A stretch of 64,000 nt of DNA from Lama guanicoe (taxonomy: Eukaryota): assembly GCA_013239625.1 (NCBI GenBank), contig MU053629.1, forward strand, positions 3,437,567 through 3,501,566, given 5' to 3'. Each line of letters begins with the position of its first letter. The stretch's first letter is position 1. Below, in pieces: positions 1 to 13,100 of the stretch. The notes beneath the pieces were generated by a model that was given only the letters and a program-made list of their open reading frames with translations, made no database searches and was not told where the DNA came from. The position numbers were made by a program, and so were the translations under genes.

Positions 1-22
1 CAAACAAACAAACAAACAAAAG
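1..22. repeat. (CAAA)n microsatellite, truncated by window start
   Basis: caaacaaacaaacaaacaaaa. Confidence 0.9.
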
Positions 23-2829
23 GCTTTGGCAGCAAGCGCCCCAACCATAGAATGGTCTTCTCTGCCTAACTTCCAGCTCAACAGGAAACTCAGCAATGTG
101 AACAGCCCATCCCTCAAGGCCAGGCGGAGGCAGGGCATGTTCCCCTCTCTGACTCTGGCTTCTCCAAGTCACTTTCTGCCCTTTCTGCAGGCAGCTCGAG
201 CCGTGAGGCACTAACCTCCAATACGCTGAATCACCGATAGGCAGAAAACGGGAAGCTTGTGCCAAGTCTAACCACGCTTCCCCAACGTTTTAATTTTCTG
301 GCGTGCCCACAAATTTCTAAATCAGCCGTAACACGTAGAGGGACTCAGTGGGATGGGAAGAACGGGAGGCAGGCCACAAGCTTGGTAGACTGACCTCTGA
401 CATAGACGTTTTGCCACGCCAAGATGGGGGCGGTGGTGGTGAGGGGGCAGAAAGAAAAGGGGAGTGAGGGCAGGTAGGAGATGGATCCGGGGGGGCTGGG
501 TGTGCACAGCTGGCTAGCAAACCAGGACTGAAGTTTGAGATCAAGTGAGCATTGTGTACCAATGCCTAAGAGCACGTACTAAGGATGCTCTGTTAATACA
601 CCCTGCTGGATAAGAACCTGACTCCAAGACTGAACGTTCTATTCTCTCATCAATCATGGAGCATCTTACTGAGCCCCAGAGGAAAGCAGGAAATAAATGG
701 CTCCCGAGAGCCTGTCCTGTGCTGGGCACTGAGCTGGGCACCTGGCCAACCTCGTCTTCACAGCAGGTCTGAGAAGTAGGTGCTATGATTTCTGTTGGCA
801 AGTGATGACACAGAGGCTCACGGTTTAGAAGTGCATGAACCAGATCTGAACTCAGGACTGCCTGCTTGTCTATCACCGTGCTGCCAGGTATGTCTTTGCC
901 CTTCCCATCTGGTGCATACAAGCACACGTCTGTGTATGTGAGTATGTGTCCAGACGTGCTGTGTGCGGCACGTGGGGGAGGGACGGGGTCATCTCATTGG
1001 ATCAGAGCTTCCTCCATTCTCACTGAGTCTGAGCAGAGGAAGAGGGTGTCCTATGCTATTGTGGGAAGAGGGCTGGCTTGGGCCAACTGTGGGATCTTGG
1101 GCCAATCTCCTGCCTCCCTGTTGTTTCATCGTCCTCTGTGAGCTGAGAGGAAGCCTTTCTTAGCTGGTTCTTCATCTGAACCACAGAACCCAAAAAATTA
1201 CTTCTGTGACTATTTTGTCAGCTCTCCCAAGAATGGTACATAACTCATACCATTCTAGATGCATAGGAGAAAAGCCAGTCCACTCCCTACAGGGGATGGC
1301 ATACGGCTCAATTCTCTCCTGAACCTAACTGAGAAACTACTAGATGGTCTGGAAGGTCCCTATGGCTCTGACATCAGGAGACGGGTGAGAGGCTGTGTGC
1401 CTCCACTACAGGAACAGGGCAGTGATGGTCCTGAGTGTAGCCGAGGTTGCAGGTGAGGATGCCAGACCCCCTGGACCAGATTATCTTTGTTTACAATGTC
1501 CTCCATGTGTATTTCCCTTGTGTCATCCCTTAGCCTAACCACCTTCTTAAATGTACCAATCTCACCTCCACTGTGACTTGAGGAATCAAGGGAGAAACTG
1601 GGGACAGGCGTTCAAGGGGATAAGCCCCACCTCTCACTGTCTACCCCTGGGGTTAGCCAGGTGGGGAGGGAGCAATAACTGGTAAGAGATCTGAATGGGA
1701 TCAATAATTGAGCACATGGCCCCCCAAACCTCCTCCACCCTCAGAGGACGTGGAGTTTTAGTGCCGAAGGGGCCAGTTCCCCAGCAAGGCAGAGCCATGG
1801 TTTGTGCCCCAGAGATGAGCAGGGCCCCATTCAGAAAATACTCTAATACCTTAACAAGCAAAAGCACTTCTAGCCCCTAACTTTCAGCTCAGTCCGTGGA
1901 GCAGGCAGATGCCAGGATGCCACCGAGGCAACCGGGAAGAGGCAGCGCACTGTGGAATTCTGCAGCCACCACAGCCCAGCTCTCAAGAAACCTCTGGCTC
2001 AGCAGTGGCTGTACCAACATCTTTGCATCAAAAAGGACGTATCTAGACGAACAGGCGCACGCCAGACTCTGGATCACTCCACAAAGTGGAGATGAGGATA
2101 AAAGTCATCCCAAGGGAGGACGGCAGCGGAGAAATTCATTTCGAACCAATTTCCCCCACTGTGGAGCAATCACTAAAGCCAAACGGTAGAGCTGTGCCTC
2201 TCTGTGTCGCGGCAGACAAACGTGGGAAGAGCGAGTGAGCAGTGTGGCCGCCAGCCTGATGCAGCTGTTGCTGAGGGGACCTGTGAGGGGACAGGATCTG
2301 CTGACCAGGTGGCCCATGGGCTCTGAGGCTGCCCTGAGCTGAACACCCAGCCAAGAGCTGAGGAAAACAGACCAGGGACAGAGATACCCAGAACCAGGTC
2401 TCTCTCCCCCAGGTCTGCCAATAATCAGCTGTGTGACCCTAAAAGAGTCACTGCACCTCTCTGGGCTGTAGAATCACTTCTCAGTTGGGTAGTCTGACCT
2501 AAGGAGAGGACATGGGCTTAAAGGCCTGAGTTTGATCCACCAGCCATGGGAAGGCTCTTGATGGCTTCTGTGCACCTCAGTTTCTCCATTTATAAGAGGA
2601 CATCAACTGACAGTCCTGTAATTTTAGAGCCAGATTTGGACTCTAGCTAAGGTCCTCTGCAGCTCTAAGAAGTTCTACAGTGATTTTTCTGCAGCAAGAG
2701 CAGACAGTAAGGAGGAGGACTGCCCTCCCACAGCAGGGGTCGGGGGATGGTCTTGGCCCCTGGCACAGTGCCAGGTGTCAGTAAATGTTTGTCAACTAGC
2801 CAATGATTGGATCAATGAATCAATGAGCA

Positions 2830-2960
2830 GGTCTCTGTTTTTGCACGAGAGAACTGAGGTTGGGAGCAAAGAGACTTGCCCAAAGTCATGCAGCTGCTCA
2901 CAGATACAGCTGACCTCACATCTGGGTCTTTGGACCCCAAACCCAGGACCCTTCCCACTG
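2830..2960 (-). mobile_element. MIR SINE fragment
   Basis: gagaactgaggt...gacttgcccaaagtcatgcagct resembles the reverse MIR core; boundaries approximate. Confidence 0.7.
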
Positions 2961-3854
2961 CACCACCTACTGGGAAAGGGAAGGGAGACCCCTGAGTAGA
3001 AAGAGCCTCCTTGAGGGGCAAGGCAGCCTGGGGGCAGGGGGATGGTGAGAGCTCCCTGGGCCATATTGGATTCTCAGCACCTTGAATCTCCCTGCCCCTC
3101 ACCTCAGTCAGCCCCAGTGTCTGCTGCCTTTCCAGCCCATTCACCCAGCCCTTGTCCCAAAGAGGTCTTCTCCTCGGGCGCAGAGAAGGGCTGCTGCTGG
3201 CTGGCCAGGGTCCCTCCCTGCCTTCTCCTTCAGCCTTTCTTGCGGGCATTTATTTTCCTCCGCTAAGATGGCACAAAGGAGGCAACCAACAGAGAGGCAG
3301 AGTGAGGTGCTGCAGGAAAGCTTCCAGAATCTACCTTTCTGCTCTACAGAGGCCGCCGGGATCACAGCCTGGTCTCTTCTCTCTGCCCGGCTTTCCTGGG
3401 CCCTCAGAAACTATTTTCACCAGCCCTCTCTCTCAGGATGGATGGCACAGCTTAGTGGGCAGAGTCTCCCCAATCTTAATAACCCCTCACTTTTTAGGGG
3501 GGCTTTTTAGAAGGCACACCCCATCTTCTGTCTCATTGGATCCTACAAGAGCCCATCAGAGATGCGGACCCTGAGGTGGGACTCAGGGGGTGAGGAGGGG
3601 CCCAGAGTTTCAGTAGCAGAGTGGGGCCCAGGTGGCACAGGAACACTTGTCCAGAGGTAGCAGCAGGCACCTCCTCCTTTCCTCTGGCACCTCCTCTGTC
3701 CCCGGGGAACTGCAAAAACAGAAATCAGAGCGCCCCCATCGGAGAGCTCGGGGCAGGGCTGAGGCTGCCCGCGCAGCTGGTGGATGGGGTGGGGAAAATC
3801 AGTCCTTCTAGGCAGGACACCTACTCCTTCCTCCCAACACACACACACACAGAG

Positions 3855-3972
3855 CAGTGGTACCCACCCCGGCTGCATGTTAGAATCACCTAGAAACATT
3901 TTAAAATATCCATGCTTGAGACCTCACTCCAGGCCAACTAAAACCAAATTTCTGTGGGTGGAGCTTGGGCAC
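3855..3972. mobile_element. MER5A-like hAT-Charlie MITE, partial
   Basis: cagtggt...ggctgcatgttagaatcacctagaaacattttaaaatatccatgc resembles MER5A. Confidence 0.7.
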
Positions 3973-5414
3973 CACCCACGAAGACTCCCTGAAGGCAGGG
4001 GCTGTGACCACCATCAAGAGGAAAGCCCACGAGAGGGTGGCCTTGTCCTTTCTCTGCCTCTTTCTCACTTCTCACCCCAGAGCACAGGTACTTAGTCTCG
4101 GACCCGCTTCCAGCCGATATGCTGGTTCTGCCCTGGACTCACAGGGCACCCCGACCCCATCAGAGGGTACTGGGCGGCAGAAGCAGGGGTCTGCTGAGCC
4201 ATTAGTGAAGTTGCCCGCCACCTCCAAGAAGCCAGCCGGGCCCAGCAGAAGGGGGAGGGCAGAGCTGGGGTAACAGGAATGCCCACTGACCCTCCCCCAA
4301 GTACATCTCCATGGCAACAGACACAGCAGAGGGCACGCGGCTCTCCCAGCCACCCCAGGGCTGGTACAAGTGCTCTGGGCACCAGTCAACACCACCGGAG
4401 CACAATCATAGGTGGTGAATGAGCAAACCTTTACTGGCACCCCCACAGGCAGGTACCTTAGCATCCAGGGCCGATCCCAGTTGTGGAGAGAGCCCCGTCT
4501 TTCTTTCCTCCACCCGCCTATCTACTCCCCCATTGTTTACTGAGCACCTCTGATGTGCCAGGCACTGAGGATACAGCCCCACAGAGCTTGGCCACCGTAC
4601 AGGGGACAGGACTGAGGCTCAAAGTAGAGTGGTGGCCTGCCTGTCACCAGGCACAGTTCCTCTTGCCCAGTCCCACAGGGAAAAGCAGTGGGACCCCCTC
4701 CCGCAGGGATGGGAGAGCAGAGCTCGCTAAGAGGCTGGAGCCGAGCGCCGGCCCTGGTCCCAGAGCCCTGAGGTCCCACATCTGCGCTCCGTGCCCTCCC
4801 ACTCACTGCCTCCTCTAATGAAAACTCTGAGCACTGCAATGAAATTCACCTTAATAAGCGCTTGTTAGAAATATGCTAATGAGGAGGAAGCAGATATTAT
4901 ATGCCCTGAAAGCCCAAGGGAGAAGGAGATGAAAAAAACTCAATATTGAGTTTTGTCTCATTTCAAAGCCACTTTCAAAGTGGCCATAAATCTTGCGTGT
5001 GACGTGACATAACAGGTTGCCGCCAGTGGCTCGGACGTTAATAATTAGCAGTTGCCAGCTGCTGGACGGAACGCATTCGGCTTTCTGGTCCTCACCGCAG
5101 GGAGAGAGAGGAATGGTGCAAACTAGGTCCCACGCGTGGGCTGATCCATCCGCACAGCCTGCCCACCTGCCGGCCCTGGGGCAGAGCTGTGGCAGCGAGT
5201 GGCTGCGGAATGTGCCAGAAAAGCTTGGCTTGAGAATCAGCAAGACCCACCCTGAACCCCAGGCAAGGAGGGGCTGAACTCCACTGGGTGTGTGGGCCCA
5301 GCTCCTGATGTGGCCAAGCCTTAGCGTCTACCTGTGAGAGTCACAAGAATGGGTTTATCACGCTGGGGTCCCTGGGGGGATAATGTGTGGGTGTCCTCTG
5401 GCTTACGGGGTAGA

Positions 5415-5610
5415 GAATGCTCTTGAGTCAGCCAGTCTGAATCAAGAACCACTTCTCTTAATTAGCAGCTGAGTGACTTTGGACAAGTAACTTCATCTCG
5501 CAGAGGCTCTGTCTCCTCATCTGCAAACAGAGATGGTAATTGTATCCACTGTGAAAATTAAAGGACGTAATTACACACGGTATCTGATACCCTGTAAGGA
5601 CTCAAAAATA
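5415..5610 (+). mobile_element. MIR SINE
   Basis: gctgagtgactttggacaagtaacttcatctc...ctcctcatctgcaaacagagat matches the MIR core. Confidence 0.7.
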
Positions 5611-6959
5611 TAACTGCAATCCCTATAGTAGCCACTGTTTATACTGCTCTCTCCTTCAGTTCCCGCACACCCGCCTTCATTGATAAAAACCCTGGGGGTT
5701 GTTTCTTAACCTTTTTTGTTTTAAATTTGCTGGGTAGCTTTGGGAGACTGACTTAACCTCTCTGATTCTTAACCGGCTGTTCTACAAAGTGAGGCTGTTA
5801 AGTCTTGCTTTGATCTATGTGGAGGATGGCTGTAAAGGTCAAAAAGAGAACGCAAGGAAAGTGCCTTAAAATGTATAATAAATGGCACAGCAGCAGGGAC
5901 TTATCATGATCAACCTCCAGCAGGAAGACTGTTCTAGAATGTCAAGGATGGCCTCCATTCCCCAGGCAGCAAGGGACAGTGTCTCTCAAGACCTCAGAGC
6001 AAAAGTCTTCATTTCTTCCAGACAACAGTGACAGCAAATTACAACTTTTAATTCCTACCGATGTCCAACTGATGTCCATCTCTCCCACAGGCCACTGTCT
6101 TCTCGTTCTGCCCTCGGGAGAGAGAGAGACAAGCCGACGGCCACTGCTTCGGTGGGAGTTCCTCATAGTCTAGAACAGTTTGTTTATAATTTGCAGTAAG
6201 ACACGCACTGATACGTGATCCTACCTGCATGATCTCATGCAGCTCAGGCCCCGTGTAACTCACCACTCCAGCCTCCCACACTGGTATGTGCCCCGTCCAA
6301 TGAGAGGAATCCACCAATGTCATATTGCTTTCAGGTCCCTAGTGCTTTCACTCAATTTCTGTTCTTCTCTCACTGTAGGACCCCGCAGCTGGTCAGCTGG
6401 CAGCGTCCCTGGAGTGCACTTTGAGTAGCTGGAGGACAGCAGATGCAGAGGAGCAAGCTGGGCTTCCCAGCTCCTGGTCCTGTGGTGTTCATAAAGATCG
6501 GCACTGTCTAAGGAAGGTCGTATCTCCTCATCCCCTCTCTACCCATCCCTCTGCCTTTGCTTTCTCGTTCCCATAAAGCTTCCACCTGAAAACACACTGA
6601 AAAATTCCACTCCTGAAGCCATTTTTCCCAAGGCAGGCATAACATGGACACCCTTCCTGATCTGGCACTGGGGGTGGATGGTAGCTGGGTCACAGCTGCC
6701 AAGTCCCTAGATAATCCCCTGACTCTCTCTGGCTGCCAGTGAGACACAAAGGTGAACCTCAGGCATCTCATCTGTTACAAAGCCCCAACTTGGCTTTGTC
6801 CTCCCCAACCCCTGCCTCCTATGGAGGCTCAGGCATTAACGATCTGGCTTCTGCCCTGATCCCCGATCCTCAGTTCTGACTCACTGCCCCCTCCAACTGG
6901 CACCTTACACAGTGGCCCAGCCCAGGGTTCTCGCCAGCCTCCTCACAGGGACTGATGCT

Positions 6960-7430
6960 TCACCCTTCATCCAGTTATTCAGTCCACACAGAAGCATCCA
7001 GTAAGTGCAGGCATGAGGCAAGGCCCCAGATACATAACACGTCAAGTCAGATGCTAACAGGAGAGAGAACATGTGACCAGGAAGTTACAGTTCCTGTGAG
7101 GAGACCCCAAGGCCACTGACAAGGGACCTGGGGAGGGACACTGGCCAGAAGAAGAGGCGTATCTGCTGAGATCCAAAAGCAGCAGAAGGGTTAGCCGGGT
7201 AGGGCAGGATGCTCTGGGCAGGGGGAGAAAGAGCAGGTGCATTGCAGGAAGCAAAACCGGCTCATTCTGGCTGGAGCAGAGTTTGAGGCAGCGGTTTGAG
7301 GCAGAGGCCTGCTAAGCCCTAGACATGACATGCCTATGAGCCACGACTTTGTCCTGAGATACACAGGCAGCCACTGGAAGGTTTAAGTAAGGGATTGATC
7401 TGGCCAAAGGTGTAATTTCCAAAGATTTTC
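6960..7430 (-). mobile_element. L2 LINE 3' fragment
   Basis: Diverged reverse L2 motifs (ggctggagcagag, gcagccactggaaggtttaagtaaggga); boundaries approximate. Confidence 0.6.
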
Positions 7431-7439
7431 TTCCGATTA

Positions 7440-7850
7440 AAGAAAAAAAAAGGTAGAAAGATGGTGAATGCTTGTTAATAGGAAAATCATTTTTCTTAAA
7501 TGATGGATGGATAGCCACACCATGGACTATTTGGCAGCCATACAAGGAATACATGAGAACAACACCAGCTGAGTTGGAGGGATTTCCAGCAGGTACTGGG
7601 AAGGGAAAAAGTGTCAGAGGCAGGATAATAGAATCCTGTTTTTCTAAAGCAAACAGTCTGCAAACACACACGCACACACACACGTTTGTATACGGTTAGA
7701 GTTATACGACATGGAAGGATACAGAGCGGAATGTTGGCAGGGATTTCCTGAGTGGGCAGAGGGTAAGAGCATGAGGCAGAGGGAAGGAAGACGGAGACAA
7801 GTTAAAGAAAAAACGAAGTATGCTATGATCGCATTTATGTGAAACTTCTT
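7440..7850 (+). mobile_element. Old L1 (L1ME/L1MC-type) 3' fragment
   Basis: catggactatttggcagccatacaaggaat resembles the L1 ORF2 end/3'UTR. Confidence 0.55.
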
Positions 7851-8347
7851 ATGTGGAGAACTTCAGGTCTCAGCTTCTCTACCCCCTCCTCTGGCCAGTG
7901 CCCCTTCCCAGGCTCCCTTGGCAGGGGTCCCAGAATATACAGAGAAACGAGGAAAAAGAAAAAGAAGCAATCTCCTGCTGGCTGAGATATGGAGAGAAGG
8001 GATCAAATGGAGCAGGGCTGGGGCAGGCAGAATGGACAGGTCTGGTGCCAGGTCTCTGATCGCCTTCCCTCCATCCCCACAGGAGTCCCATGATCTGACA
8101 TCCCCTGTTAGAGCGGAGGCTGCTGGAAGCAGGAACCATCCCTCCCATTGCTTCACTTCCAGCCCCCTACAATCAATAAATAACGGCTGTTCCCGGACAT
8201 GGTTTAGCCATTGAGAAGTGGGAGGCTCTTGGTGAAGTCACCTCACCATCCAGTGAATGCCTCAGTCCCCAGAGCTACAAGAAGATGCTGGAAAGACCAG
8301 GGAAGAGAAGGAAAGACACGCCCAGGACGGGTTGGGGCGGGCGGGGC

Positions 8348-8349
<2 letters not shown>

Positions 8350-8391
<42 letters not shown>
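8350..8391. repeat. (GT)21 perfect microsatellite
   Basis: Uninterrupted GT run directly after a G-run cluster. Confidence 0.98.
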
Positions 8392-8394
<3 letters not shown>

Positions 8395-9974
8395 CCCCTC
8401 TGCCCACGGCTCTTTCCCGTCTCTCACCTCCCTTTCCCAAATAACCACAACCAGAGACGCAGGCATCCTGGAGCTCCACTGATGGGGACCATTGATTGGC
8501 AGCATCAATAAACTCCAGAAATATCCTCTAAAGACGTTTAGGAAAAACCCTCCATGGCATGGTGGGGAGTAACGCCAGACGGCCTCGACAGCCTTGATTC
8601 CTGATTCTGCCTGACCCTGTAAACTTGACGGTCATGGGTCTCTCCGATCCTCAGGTTCCCTGTCCATAAAGCAGGGATATTAACGGGCCCTCCTTCAAGG
8701 GGTCTTTGTGAGAACGGAATGAGTCAGCCTGGGGAGAAGTTGTTTTTAAGTATTATTGGTGGTGGTGTCCATGGTTCTTTTCAGACTAAGCATATCTTCC
8801 CGCCCCTATTCACACCCCCAGGACCTTCCTGAGCTGGACAGACAACATCCCTCCACAGCATCACTCAGAATGCAGCCCCATGGTTCAGACAAAACTTACT
8901 GGGTAGGAAGGCTACTGGCATGCACTGCAGAGGTTAACCGCAGGATTCAACACGAGGGAGGGAGCTTGGCCCACTCATAAATACAGCCAATTAAGAAACA
9001 AGCATCATTTTGTAACGATGCCACTGGTTGAAATCCACCACCTCATTTAGCCCTTTTACAGCCAGGCGGGGAGGTTCACCCCAGACACTCCCGCTGATGC
9101 CCAAACCGCCGGGGGCTTCCCGGAGCCCATCAGACCGCCGGGGCATCACCCATACTGTGATCTTCAGAAGCAGCAAGTGGCCTTGGGCTTAGAGGAGTGC
9201 CCATCCCGCTGCTCCCTTGAAGCAGTGCCCGCTGGAGCCCCTAAGAAGTCAATTAGCAGCATCTGGCTAATTAAAGCGAGATATTACACTTCTCTCATTG
9301 ACTCAGTCGGAGCTGTGGCGGGAGCCTCAGAGAAGCAGCCCGCAAACCCCCCCCTTGCCCAGCCCCGTCCCAACCAGCTCCCCCTTTCATGTGGCTCTGG
9401 GGAGACAAAGCTTCTCTGATCCCTTTGAAAGCTGTGGTCCCATCAGCCCCAGAGCAGGGGCCGGGCCACCCAGGGGGAGGACAGCAGTTCAAAGCCAGCC
9501 CAGCAGGCACGGTGGGATCCAGTTGGGATACAGCATAATTAGGACATTCCAGACCATAAGGATCAATAACATAATGAACAAATATTGTGCTATTCCTTAG
9601 AATCTTGCTACGAATTATGTTGTCTTTGATCATGCAATGTTTCCCTGACTGTTAATGACATGTAATGTTAATTACCAGAGAAAGAGAACTACTCAGAATG
9701 AAGACTTCCTTGGAGAATAATTAATATTCTTTGAGGAGGTGCAGAGCCTGTGGAGGGGAGCTTTTTCCCCAGTTATGGTAACCGCGTAACCTGAGGAAGC
9801 TGACCCTCCGTGTCCATGGCAGGGAAGACCGATCCTTTAAGAAGAGAGTAACTTACATATAGTAGGCACGCGATACAGACTTGTTAGCTGAAAGAAAGAA
9901 TAAGTAAGCGGATAAAGAGGTTCTTCTGGGAAGCTAGCAGAAGCTTAGGGTGTGAAGGCAAGAACACTTTGAAT

Positions 9975-10110
9975 CCTAATCTTCTCACCCCTTATTTCAA
10001 ATGGGGAAACTGAGGCTAAGAGAGAGAGAAAGGGATCTCCAAAATCATGCCCCTTTTCGGTGACTAAACTGGGATGAAAACTCAGCGATCAGTCAGTCGC
10101 ATCCTCTTTC
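9975..10110 (-). mobile_element. MIR fragment
   Basis: atttcaaatggggaaactgaggctaagagag. Confidence 0.65.
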
Positions 10111-13100
10111 CAACCACCATCACCCTCAGTTTGGGTGGAAGTTAGGAAAGATTCAAGGCACAAGGAAGGAATGTCTTAAACGTTGAGGAGGGGCCCTTTC
10201 TGCCTTCAAATGCACTGGGAATATTGCAGGATTGTCCAGCCTCTCACCTCTGACTTACTTGGAATTCCCTGAGTGGCGACGGAACATCTCGATCAACTGA
10301 GACACCCCCAAAAACACAGGCTGCGTGCCAGGAAACCCCAGAGCCCTGACCAAAGTCCCCAGAGAAAGGTCTGCCCCTGAGGCTCCTTTCAAGTCCAGAA
10401 AGGAGGACAGCAAAGAGAGGAGCCAGCACCTGCCCCACCTCGGCACCCACAAACCATTGCTGGCCTCTCCCTTGGGGCCTTGGCTGCGCTCCCTAGGAAA
10501 ATCAAGGTCTCGTCACCCAGACTGAGCTCTACCAGCAGGAAGGTGGGGACACGGGCAGAGAGCCCTGGCCAGGGCTCAGGACACTGGCTTCAGGTCCTGC
10601 TCTGCCACCACCTGTGGGCAGATCACTCCCGTCTCTGGGTCTGGATTTTTTAATCCATCAAGAGAGCTCCCCACCTCAGATAATCACTTGTTCCAGGCTG
10701 ATATCCCAGAATTCTGAAATGATGGGCAAAATCTCAGTTTCCTGGTCTTCCGAGGAGTCCTCAGTTTCCCCTCCTGCTCCCTCACAAGTTCCTTACTTCC
10801 TACAACAAATGCCTCTCCCAGAGAGAACAAGTTATTATGTGTGGTGGACCCCCAGTTTCCAAGCAGAGAAGCTGAGGGAGAGTCTTCCGGCTTAGGGAGC
10901 CCCAGCCCCATAGTCCCCTGTCTCCCGGGGGCTAGGAGCACCGCTCCCAGCTCCATTCATAGCAAGGCAGAGAGCAGGCTCTGGGACGGGAGTGGGGGAG
11001 CAGGGGTCGGCCGCCTCCCCACCCCATTGCCGCTCAGATGCTCTCCAGCGTCTGGCTGCCTTCAGGACCATAATCGTGGACATTGAGCGGAGCGGCACAG
11101 TGACCTGACGCAGGGGGTGGGGTGAGGAGAGCGCAGGCAGATGTGCCTCAGGACACTCCTTACCCCTCCCACCGGCCCAGCTCCAGGTTCCAAGGTCGCG
11201 CCTTGGCAGCCCCTGCCTGCTTCCTGGGTTTTTCCTCCAGGAGGCCTTGCTCTGCAGCACCACTGTACCTCCCTCCCCTCCTCCAGCTCCCAGCCCAGCT
11301 TGGGCACGGCCAGGTCTCCGGAAAACGTGCACCTGTCACCTGGGAGGGTGACGCAGTAGCTGGTGAGCATGTCCCTGAGCCTAGGTATCCGCATTTGTTC
11401 AATAAAAACCCACTTTGGGTTCAAGTCACACCTCTCCCTCCAATGCATCTTTTGTGTCTTCATATGGGTTTAGGAAGGGCTCGGAAGAGGGTCCCCATTT
11501 TTCAGAGACAAAATAAAGACACAAAAAGAGTGAGCCACTCAATGAAGGAGCCAGGACTGGACCCCAGACCTCCCCCTTCCTCCCCATCCCACTTCCACCT
11601 GATTCAGGACTTCCCTTTGCTGTGGGAGTCACCCCCAGTATCACCTGCCAAGGTGGAGAAGGTAGAAATTACTCTGCAGCTTGCTTATTCAGAAGCTGGG
11701 GCTGACCCCTGACATCTGACACCTTGAGGGGTCTGGCCTGGGATCCTCCGAGGATAGGGCAGCCCTCATCCTCCCCAGATCCTCGCTCCTCAGCCCTGTG
11801 GGGGCCTGACCACATTTCTCTCTGGACCATTCCTGTGTTTGAAGTCTCCACAGAGAGAACCACTGATTTCTGGAAGTCTCCCCTCCCTTGACAGGAGAAC
11901 GGTGTCCTCCCCATCATTAGGACACCCCACTGCTGTCTTCCCACTGCGGCCTTGGGGACGCACATGGCCCCTGGGCAGCAGGACGTCACAACCCAGCCTG
12001 CCTGCCCCAACGCCGGATGGCAGTGGTGACCAGCACGCATCCCAAGGACCAGCCTGCTCCGTCGACAGTGGGGACCCAGAGCCCAGGCATGAGCCCCTCA
12101 GGGCCAGGCCATGGCAGGGGGCGTCCAGGCCTGAGAGGCAGCCACTCCTCTGAAGTCCCAGCTGAAGCCTCCGCTCTGCTCATGGGCACATCCTCCTCAT
12201 GCATGCAAACGACCGTCCCCTGGGTGGACCCGTGAGTCACCTCTCCCCTCCCTGCTCCCATCCCCTCCAGGACCCCTTCTCTGGTCCTCAGTCCCCTCAT
12301 CCCCGTCCTCAGTCCTCTTACAGAAAACCTCTAACACCCCAGACTGCCCTTCCACGCCCATTCCTGGTTGCTCTCCACCCAGGCTCTCAACATCTCAGGG
12401 CAAAGGGCACCAGTGTATGTGGCTTCCTCGTTCCCCACAGAACCAGCTGTGTCTCACTTGGAGCTGAATAGATGATCGATGAAAGCTCTTTAGTGGGTGG
12501 GCTGCTGCAAAGAGGATCTCCTTGACTTGATGAAACGCCCACGAAACAAACCAGCTCCGACTCAGGGTCTGATCCAAGGAAGCACCTCCGGCTCCCTTTG
12601 GCCATCGAATCGGTAGGGAGGAGCCACTTCTCACCCCGCCCTTCAGGAGGCGCCTGGAGCTCCGAGAAGTAATGGGTCAGGGCTTCGGAATCAGGAGACC
12701 AGACTCAAGCTCTGATTCCGTTTTCCCGCTGTGCTCTCTGAGAAATCTGCTTCTCCCCAAGCCTGTCACCTCTCCTCCCAGGGTGGCAGAGAGTGTCCCA
12801 GGAGCTCATGCACATACTGAAACTTACTCGGAGCCTGGTCCATGGGGGTGCTCCCCAAATGCCAGCAGCCCCAGTCCTCTCACTGGCCGGCTCTGGGTTC
12901 CCATGCAGTCCCTGGTGATGGGTATCAGCACCTCAGGGGAGCAATGCACAGGGTCCTGCCAACCCCGGCTCCCCGAGGATGGCCACCTGCACAGCTGGGC
13001 TGCCCACCAGCTCCCCAGTGACCTGCTTCCCCAGAGACAGGTGGAAAACCCAGCTCTGACACCCGGCAATGAGCAGCTTTGCGTGAGACAGGCAGCCCAG

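Noticed and set aside
1230..1256. 9-bp inverted repeat AGAATGGTA/TACCATTCT
   Set aside because: Too short for a pre-miRNA; such stems can arise by chance in 64 kb
10259..10296. Minus-strand 38-nt exon-like segment (LIEMFRRHSGNS)
   Set aside because: G-rich weak acceptor; the resemblance to S100 N-termini is superficial
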